Shown here: piece by piece, positions 10,110-16,926 of the stretch
Layout of the letters: each line of letters starts with the position of its first letter
Numbering within the stretch: position 1 is the stretch's first letter
Assembly (NCBI GenBank): GCA_965261025.1
Contig: OZ253438.1
Coordinates: 725,808 to 789,807, forward strand
Length of the DNA stretch: 64,000 nt
Origin: Chlamydiales bacterium
GTDB lineage: Bacteria > Chlamydiota > Chlamydiia > Chlamydiales > SM23-39
Reading direction: 5' to 3'
Program-made: the position numbers and the translations under genes
The notes under the pieces: generated by a model
Databases searched by the model: none
Seen by the model: the letters and a program-made list of their open reading frames with translations, nothing else
What the model was told of the DNA's origin: nothing

Positions 10110-10582
10110 TGAAATTCTCCTTCTTTATGTCTTTCGATAATTCTATTGATGATTTCTGTAGTAGAAATTCCTTTTGTATAAGGAACTGTCCGGAAGATAC
10201 CCGCTTTCAAAGCAGCTCCATACTGATCTTCAATAAGAGCCTGATCAAAATCGTCTCCATGAATTACATAGTCAATTTCCCACTCTTTTATCATTTCTTT
10301 TGTCAGCCTAATCGGGGGGGCTTCAATCACTTCATCTACTAAAGAACAGGCTCTAATTGTTCTTACCCTTTCTTCCAAGGTAAGCACAGGAATCCTTTTG
10401 TATTCTCCTACACTCTCATCTGCAAGCACTCCTACTATCAAGTAATCCCCAAAAGATTTAGCTTGTTTTAAAAACTCAATATGTCCTGCATGAAATAAAT
10501 CTCCTACGATATCCACATAAACCCGCGTCTTGGCTTGAAGCATGCTACAAGCTGCAAGAAAACAAAAAAACCATCGAACCAT
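10106..10582 (-). CDS. Cytidylyltransferase of the CCT/ECT/TagD family (HxGH nucleotidyltransferase)
   Basis: GDLFHAGH (HxGH), YTKGISTTEIINRI (the RTEGISTS-like motif) and IDYVIHGDD. It matches my recollection of the eukaryotic CCT catalytic core along its length. The N-terminus MVRWFFCFLAACSMLQA is hydrophobic. The stop overlaps the PhyH start (ATGA). Confidence 0.85.
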   Translation of the reverse strand: MVRWFFCFLAACSMLQAKTRVYVDIVGDLFHAGHIEFLKQAKSFGDYLIVGVLADESVGEYKRIPVLTLEERVRTIRACSLVDEVIEAPPIRLTKEMIKEWEIDYVIHGDDFDQALIEDQYGAALKAGIFRTVPYTKGISTTEIINRIIERHKEGEFQ

Positions 10583-10673
10583 AAAAAAACCTCTCGCTAA
10601 ATTATCAAGAAATAGAAAAGCCTACCCTTTTTAGGAACAATATAGCATCAGATGCCGCACAGAACTGTTTTAT

Positions 10674-10682
10674 CCCCCCCCC
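10674..10682. repeat. C9 (G9 on the minus strand) homopolymer tract in an intergenic region
   Basis: Read directly as tat-ccccccccc-ttcc. It lies 92-100 nt upstream of the cytidylyltransferase start codon on the minus strand. Confidence 0.9.
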
Positions 10683-11089
10683 TTCCTAAAAGCCCCTATA
10701 TCGTCATCCGATCAAAAAGACTCATCCTATCCACTACAACAAAAAAGTAAGGGTAAGCAAATAAAGATAAATTAATCCCACTATGCGCATAATTCCCCCT
10801 CAAACCAATTCACTAAAACCAAGCTGCAAGGTTCTCGGCAAGGGATTTTATACCCTTCCCAAGATTTAGGTTGCAATCGCAAAAGTTTTCTCTTGGGAAA
10901 ATTTATGACAAAAGCGGGAAAGACCAGGACTTCCACCCTAAAAGATCACATATTTTGTGATCTTGCCTAGACATCAAAACCTTCTACCATCCCCAATAGA
11001 CAGAAGTATAGGAGAAGGGCCTCTAGCTTGTCCCCCTATTTCCTTTGACCAAAAACCTCTCTTTACGGTATAAGGGTTCTGCTTTCTGT

Positions 11090-11164
11090 GGCGATTGTAG
11101 CTCAGTTGGTTAGAGCGCTGGATTGTGGTTCCGGAGGTCGCGGGTTCGAGCCCCGTCAATCGCC
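11090..11164 (+). tRNA. tRNA-His (anticodon GTG) with a genomically encoded G-1
   Basis: Manual cloverleaf. The 8-bp acceptor GGCGATTG/CAATCGCC includes the G-1:C73 pair. The D-arm is GCTC/GAGC, the anticodon arm is CTGGA-TTGTGGT-TCCGG, and the T-arm is GCGGG-TTCGAGC-CCCGT. CCA is not encoded. Confidence 0.9.
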
Positions 11165-11187
11165 CTTTTATTTAGGTAAGGTGCGCT

Positions 11188-11925
11188 TTGTCTTATTGGG
11201 AGGCGGTCCTATTGGGGGCCCTGCAAGGAATTACCGAATTTTTCCCTGTAAGCTCCTCAGCACACCTGAAGATTTTGCGGCTATTTTTTCACATTGATAC
11301 AAAAACCCCCCTATTCTTTGATCTTGTATGTCACTTAGGAAGCCTTTTTTCCCTACTATGGTTTTTTAAAAAGGAGCTTTTCTCCCTTCTATTCTCTCCT
11401 AGAAGCTGGCCTCCTTATTTTTTGGCTTTACTTCCGTTAATTCCTGCCTATCTTTTTTTCAAGCAGTATCTCCCCTTATTTTCTCCTTGGTTTGGTTTTT
11501 TTCTCATGGTAACGGGGACTTTGCTTTTTTTAGCTTCTTATAGCAAAGAGGCTCCTTCGCAAAAGAGATACCGAGATGTGTTATATATTGGGCTAATGCA
11601 ATCGATGGCTTTATTTCCGGGTCTTTCCAGATCTGGAAGCACTATAGCAGCAGCTTGTTTTCGAGGATGGGAAATGAAAAAGGCGGTGGAATTTTCGTTT
11701 CTTTTGGCTATACCTACCGTTTTTGGGGGAATTATTTTAGAAAGCATCCAGGCCTTAAATGAAAACCCCTCTCTTTCTTTTACCCATTACGCCTTAGGCT
11801 TTTTTTTCTCTTTTTTTCTCGGCCTTTTTGCGGTACAACAGATTAAGAGACTCTCCAAAAAAAGGCTTTTGGGATTTGCTCTATATTGTTTAAGTATGGG
11901 ACTCTTTAGTCTGGTTTATTGGTGA
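11188..11925 (+). CDS. uppP: Undecaprenyl-diphosphate phosphatase
   Basis: N-terminus GALQGITEFFPVSSSAHL and the PGLSRSGSTI motif. TTG start. Confidence 0.9.
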   Translation: MSYWEAVLLGALQGITEFFPVSSSAHLKILRLFFHIDTKTPLFFDLVCHLGSLFSLLWFFKKELFSLLFSPRSWPPYFLALLPLIPAYLFFKQYLPLFSPWFGFFLMVTGTLLFLASYSKEAPSQKRYRDVLYIGLMQSMALFPGLSRSGSTIAAACFRGWEMKKAVEFSFLLAIPTVFGGIILESIQALNENPSLSFTHYALGFFFSFFLGLFAVQQIKRLSKKRLLGFALYCLSMGLFSLVYW

Positions 11926-11926
11926 G

Positions 11927-14254
11927 ATGAAAAAAAAGAAGAAAAAACGTGGTAAAAAAGGACTTCACCCTGAAGCTAAGGCTCTTTTCTATACAGGGGG
12001 AGCCATTTTTTTGTTTCTATCTCTTTTGTCTTTTGTCTCTGCACACCCTGAGAAAAACTGGCTAGGGGTATCGGGTCACTATAGCGCTTTAGTTTTTCTA
12101 TATTTTTTGGGACTCCCTAGTTTTTTTGTTCCCCTTTTCTTTTTGAGGGTAGCAAAATTTTATTTCTCCTTTACGAAGGGAGCCCTCTTAAAAAAAGAGG
12201 GGCTTCTTTTTCTATGGTGTCTTCTCTCTTTGTCTTTTTTATTAAACCAAATTGCGGAGCATTTTCCTGAAAAGGTCTCCCATTTCCAGAATAAAATTTA
12301 TACAGAAAGCTTTGTCACTTTCTCTGAAGAACCCAAAATGAAAATCCGATACAATTTGGGAGGTCTTCCTACCTACTATTGCTACACAGACTTTCCTTTT
12401 TTCTCTTTACAAAGAATGCTCAGCGATGTGGGTTGCCTCTTACTAGGTTTAATTTCCACTCTTGCTAGTTTTTCCTTTTTAACCAAGATCCCTATTGTAA
12501 AACCCTGGAAAACCCTCTGGGGCTATTTGAATAAACCAAGAACTTCCTCCCCTCGTCAAAAAAACCCCTTTTCTTCTTCTAAAAACCTTTTCTTTTACCT
12601 AAGAAGGTTTTGTAAAAAAGTTTTCCTAAGAAGAGAAAAAAAGCCTCCTATTTCTTTAAAGAAAGAACCCCTTTTATCTAAAAAAGCTTTTCCCTTTGAA
12701 GAGAAAAAGGAGGAAATAAATCCCCTTCTCGATACAGTAAAAATCCACACCGTCAAGCCCTTTACTCCTTCTACGATAGATACGAAACAGAAAACTTTAG
12801 GAAAATATGATATTCCCTCTCCCGAATTTCTCTCTGACCCCAAACCTATTGACCATCCTACCTTGAAAAAAGATCTCACAAGGCAGGCCTCTACTTTAGA
12901 AGAAACTTTAAAAAGCTTTGGAATTGAAGCCAAAGTAGTAGAAATTAATTGTGGGCCTTCTATTACTTCTTTTGAAGTACAACCTCCTATTGGAGTAAAA
13001 GTACAAAAGATCAAAGCATTAGAAAATGATATTGCTTTGAATATGGAAGCAAAATCCATTCGGATCTTAGCCCCTATTCCTGGAAAAGCGGTAGTAGGGG
13101 TAGAAGTACCTGCAGCCCATCCTCAGGAAGTAAGTTTCAAAGAGATGCTCCTTCATTACTTGCAGAAATCAAAAAAAATGCAAATTCCCATCCTTTTAGG
13201 AAAAACCGTAAATGGAGACTCGGTTATCTCAGATCTTGCTAAAATGCCACATTGCTTAATAGCAGGCGCTACAGGGTCGGGAAAATCTGTCTGTATCAAC
13301 ACTATTATCATGTCTCTTCTAATGACAGCATCTCCAGACCAGCTCAAATTCTTAATGATAGATCCGAAAAAAGTAGAGCTTACCCAATATTCTAATCTTC
13401 CCCATATGATAGCGCCTGTTATTTCAGAAGCCCACGGGGCTTACGCCGCCTTGCAATGGCTCGTAAGAGAAATGCAAAAACGATACGATATTTTAAAACA
13501 CCTAGGACTTCGTAACATCACAGCTTTTAACTCTCGTAAAATTAAAGAAGACGTAGAAAGCTCTTATTCCACAGAAATTCCTGAAAAGCTTCCTCTAATC
13601 GTAGCTATCATTGACGAATTTGCTGATTTGATGATGGTCTCCAGCTCTGATCTAGAAACTCCTATTGCTAGAATTGCGCAAATGGCAAGGGCTGTAGGGA
13701 TCCATCTCATTTTAGCTACGCAAAGACCTTCTAGAGAAGTAATTACCGGGATTATTAAGGCAAATTTTCCAACCCGCATTGCTTTCAAGGTATCTTCGAG
13801 AATCAATTCTCAGATCATTTTAGATGAGGTAGGAGCTGAAAGTCTTTTAGGAAATGGAGACCTCCTTCTTTTACCCCCAGGAAGCTCTAATTTGGTAAGG
13901 GCACAAGGGGCCTATATTAGTGATGAAGATATTAATAAAGTGATCGACTGGATTTCTTCTAAAGCTCCTCCTAACTACTTAATTTCTTCCTTCGATAAAA
14001 TGGCAAAAGAAGAAAAGGACTCTACCGATTTTACAGGAAAAGATTCCTTGTATAACAAAGCACTAGAAGTAGTAGTCAGTTCAAAGAACGCTTCTACTAC
14101 TTTTCTGCAAAGAAAACTCAAAATCGGCTACGCAAGAGCGGCTTCTTTGATGGACGAATTAGAAGAAAATGGAATCATAAGTGCTGCTGAAGGAAGTAGG
14201 CCAAGGCAAATCCTTACCTCTTCAGAGGTATTATACGAGAAAGATCCTTCCTAA
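11927..14254 (+). CDS. ftsK: DNA translocase FtsK
   Basis: N-terminal TM segments, Walker A GATGSGKSV, the IIDEFADLMM Walker B region and a C-terminal gamma (winged-helix) domain, LQRKLKIGYARAASLMDELEENGI. Confidence 0.95.
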   Translation: MKKKKKKRGKKGLHPEAKALFYTGGAIFLFLSLLSFVSAHPEKNWLGVSGHYSALVFLYFLGLPSFFVPLFFLRVAKFYFSFTKGALLKKEGLLFLWCLLSLSFLLNQIAEHFPEKVSHFQNKIYTESFVTFSEEPKMKIRYNLGGLPTYYCYTDFPFFSLQRMLSDVGCLLLGLISTLASFSFLTKIPIVKPWKTLWGYLNKPRTSSPRQKNPFSSSKNLFFYLRRFCKKVFLRREKKPPISLKKEPLLSKKAFPFEEKKEEINPLLDTVKIHTVKPFTPSTIDTKQKTLGKYDIPSPEFLSDPKPIDHPTLKKDLTRQASTLEETLKSFGIEAKVVEINCGPSITSFEVQPPIGVKVQKIKALENDIALNMEAKSIRILAPIPGKAVVGVEVPAAHPQEVSFKEMLLHYLQKSKKMQIPILLGKTVNGDSVISDLAKMPHCLIAGATGSGKSVCINTIIMSLLMTASPDQLKFLMIDPKKVELTQYSNLPHMIAPVISEAHGAYAALQWLVREMQKRYDILKHLGLRNITAFNSRKIKEDVESSYSTEIPEKLPLIVAIIDEFADLMMVSSSDLETPIARIAQMARAVGIHLILATQRPSREVITGIIKANFPTRIAFKVSSRINSQIILDEVGAESLLGNGDLLLLPPGSSNLVRAQGAYISDEDINKVIDWISSKAPPNYLISSFDKMAKEEKDSTDFTGKDSLYNKALEVVVSSKNASTTFLQRKLKIGYARAASLMDELEENGIISAAEGSRPRQILTSSEVLYEKDPS

Positions 14255-14529
14255 TAGGAAACAGTTCACTGATAGCTGCTTCAATTCCTTGCCTACAAAG
14301 TAGCAACAAGCCAGTAGGAAAAAAGGAGTGTTAACTCCTGCTTATACCAACCAAATGTGTAGGAGCAGCGTAAAATGAGACGCTCTTACCAAGAGTTATT
14401 ATGATACCCTTTCCAAAGAAGAATGGGGAGAAAAAAGCCCGAAGAGTTAGCATCCTGCAACAACTTGATAAAAAATTTTGACTTTAAGAGAAGCAAGTAG
14501 AAAACGTATCAATTAAGGTCAGTCAGTCC

Positions 14530-14552
14530 AGCTACTAAGCGCAGTAGCTTTT
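14530..14552 (+). terminator. Hairpin plus short T-run at the end of the ftsK downstream spacer
   Basis: agctact-aagcgc-agtagct (7-bp stem) followed by ttt. It abuts the stop codon of the convergent 14551..15225 ORF. Confidence 0.3.
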
Positions 14553-15225
14553 AAGTGGTGGCCCCTTGAGACAAGCATTTTATCTCTAAAACACAATCCT
14601 TAAACGCCGCATTTTGTATCTTTACCTTCTGCAGACGCAAGCTCACAAAAGAGTAGATTTTTAAAAGAAAAGTCCCAACAAATAGCCCTGATAAAAAGTA
14701 CATTGGCATAGCAGTAATCCTGGATCTTCTCCCCTCTTCGGTAAAAAGTAAACTAGGTCGTATAACGGCCAAAAAGGCAAGAAAAAGGAGATTGCATGCC
14801 ATACTAACCTTTGCTATAGCTTTAGAACGGTCACCGATTTTCTGATACTCCAAGCAATTTTTCACAGTGGAAGAGATCTTTTGGGAAGAACTACGATCTA
14901 GCTTACTCCCAAAAAAAACTCGGGCGGTTTGTTCAGTCAAAGCACAAACATTCCGGTTTGTGAAAAAATCCTCAGGTAAACTCCCTAACGGGTATCCAAA
15001 AAACTGGGAAAATTGCCCAAATTTATCGCACAATTCTTGTGTTTGAGGGATATCATCAAGTGTTTCACGGATATTAGAAGAAGCGCTTTTTTTAACCTTT
15101 TCAGAGATAGAGATCAGCTCTCCTAGGGAAACTTGTGAAGGATCCCTAGCACAAAGGTTTCCTAGTTCTAGAGCAAAAAAATACATCTGCTCTTTTGAGC
15201 TAACTGGATAGCAAGAAGAACTCAT
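14551..15225 (-). CDS. Hypothetical membrane protein with a bilobed hydrophobic domain (Inc-like candidate)
   Basis: 224-aa ORF. Residues about 140-161 and 172-195 (VSMACNLLFLAFLAVIRPSLLF-TEEGRRSRITA-MPMYFLSGLFVGTFLLKIYSFV) form two TM-length stretches separated by a short loop. No Sec signal. Confidence 0.55.
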   Translation of the reverse strand: MSSSCYPVSSKEQMYFFALELGNLCARDPSQVSLGELISISEKVKKSASSNIRETLDDIPQTQELCDKFGQFSQFFGYPLGSLPEDFFTNRNVCALTEQTARVFFGSKLDRSSSQKISSTVKNCLEYQKIGDRSKAIAKVSMACNLLFLAFLAVIRPSLLFTEEGRRSRITAMPMYFLSGLFVGTFLLKIYSFVSLRLQKVKIQNAAFKDCVLEIKCLSQGATT

Positions 15226-15388
15226 ACCCCACTCCCTTCTCTGTTAAAGGGGCAATTTTAGCAAAATACTTACCCAAAAACCAGAGAATCTTTTATAGGA
15301 ACTTTTTTTCTTCATAATCTCCTGAGTTATTCATAGTTATATTAAAAAAATATTTATAAATACATCGAGAATCAAAAGAGAAAAATAG

Positions 15389-16153
15389 TTATAAAGTAAT
15401 TACTTCAGAATGTTTCTCTTGATAAGCAATAAGGAGCTTTCCAGAAAGAGCGGGATTACTTTCTAATACAACCTGTAAAGCAAGCTCTGGCTCATTACAT
15501 TCTTGGGAAAGGTGAGAAAGATAAACCGCTTGTAGATTCTTCTTTTGTAACCGACTGAGAAATAGAGCACATTGTTCATTCGAAAGGTGTCCTATATTAC
15601 TCAAAACCCTTCTCTTATAAACCAGAGGTCTTTTTGCTTCTTGTACCTTCCTTACATCATGATTTGCTTCTATTACCAAAAGGCTTAAGGACGAAAGCTT
15701 TGTTTCTAAAAAAGAAGAGGAAGTTCCGAGATCTGTGCATATTCCTATCTTTTTTCCCTCTACTTGTAATACCACTCCTACAGGATCTAGTGTGTCATGC
15801 TGGACGGAAAAAGGAAACACGGTAATATCGCGAAACAAAAACTCCTCATGAGTAGAAAAAATCTTAAGCTTCGGTTTTATATAAAGCGCGCTATAAATTC
15901 CTTTTGCTGTTTCTTTATTGGTAAAAACAGGAACAGCCGTTTTCCCCAAAACTTTTAATCCCTGAATGTGATCCTTATGTTCGTGGGTAATTAAAATAGC
16001 ATCAATTTCAGAAAGGGAAATCCCCAAAAAAGAAAGTCTAGCCTGCAAGCTCTTTGCAGAAAGACCACAATCCACTAAAAGGGTAGTTTCTTTTGTTTTA
16101 ACAAGGTAAGCATTCCCTTTGGATCCTGACGCTAAGGGACAAAATAAAACCAC
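15389..16153 (-). CDS. Metallo-beta-lactamase-fold hydrolase (YycJ/VicX-like)
   Basis: ILITHEHKDH (HxHxDH) motif, an N-terminus of the LASGSKGNAYLV type, and a late HLS motif. GTG start. Confidence 0.8.
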   Translation of the reverse strand: MVLFCPLASGSKGNAYLVKTKETTLLVDCGLSAKSLQARLSFLGISLSEIDAILITHEHKDHIQGLKVLGKTAVPVFTNKETAKGIYSALYIKPKLKIFSTHEEFLFRDITVFPFSVQHDTLDPVGVVLQVEGKKIGICTDLGTSSSFLETKLSSLSLLVIEANHDVRKVQEAKRPLVYKRRVLSNIGHLSNEQCALFLSRLQKKNLQAVYLSHLSQECNEPELALQVVLESNPALSGKLLIAYQEKHSEVITL

Positions 16154-16563
16154 ACATTCTCTCTATATTTCTCTTCATTTTAAAAAAAACCTTGAGAAAA
16201 GGAAATGGTTTTTTCTACTTTTTGCCTCCTCAAAAATAGCCTTCAGGGCTTTTATCATGCCTCTCTTTGCTTCCCCTGAATCGAATTGACTATACTTTCT
16301 TACTGAAAACGCCTAAAAGTAAAACGAAAGATTCCTATCAACCCGCTTTTTTCTTAGTTTATAAAAAATTTTTCTGTTTTTTAATAAAAAATTACAGTCT
16401 TTTTATATAAAAAAATATTTTACATAAACTATTTTTCGAAAAATTTTCATAGAGAAACATTTGAAAAATGGAGATTTTTAATTAAAAAAACAGTTTTTTT
16501 GAAAAATTATTTGACAAATAGTTTTGTTTAAAAAAAAATGAGGTTATAGCGGGAGTTTTTATC

Positions 16564-16926
16564 ATGATTATAGGAGAAGAGATTTTACAAGAAATAGATC
16601 AAACCTTAGATCGTTTGGTAGAAAATGCGAAAGCTATGGAGAAAGCTTCAGAAAAAAGACTTACCTCTTATGAAAGGGGGCTTTTTCAAAAAACTCAAGA
16701 GAGTCTTTTAGCTCATTTAATTCAAACAGATCACAAGCTTGCAGAAAGAAGAGAAACCTTAAAGCATTTTTCTTCCCAAGCACAAAAATTTCCTATACAG
16801 AAAAAGTGGATTCATCTGCACAGAATGCAAGGAAGAAATTTTGAAAACCTCTCAAAAAAGATGGGGGTATTTTCTTTACAAAGGGTCAAAAGAAAAAAAC
16901 TTTCTAAAATGAAAAAAGTTCCCTAG
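16564..16926 (+). CDS. Hypothetical small basic protein
   Basis: 120-aa ORF after a 410-nt AT-rich spacer. The Lys-rich C-terminus overlaps the 3' end of the convergent E1 gene by 23 nt. Confidence 0.45.
   Translation: MIIGEEILQEIDQTLDRLVENAKAMEKASEKRLTSYERGLFQKTQESLLAHLIQTDHKLAERRETLKHFSSQAQKFPIQKKWIHLHRMQGRNFENLSKKMGVFSLQRVKRKKLSKMKKVP

Noticed and set aside
8718-10582. Claim of atypical GC content for the islet and for the tandem paralogues.
   Set aside because: Hand counts of single 60-nt lines gave about 37-47% GC in the islet and about 45% in the paralogues. They also gave about 45% in dnaK and about 33% in ftsK. Composition therefore does not discriminate by eye, and a proper windowed GC/codon analysis is required.
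10868-10880. Possible att-type direct repeat of the tRNA-His 3' end (caatcgc), and an atcaaaac 8-mer shared by both islet flanks.
   Set aside because: Only 7-8 nt match, which is expected by chance in AT-rich DNA. No integrase or recombinase gene is present.
10974-11297. ORFs 10974..11159 (-) and 11088..11297 (+).
   Set aside because: Both run through the tRNA-His gene. The plus-strand one is also out of frame with uppP, and neither has a motif.
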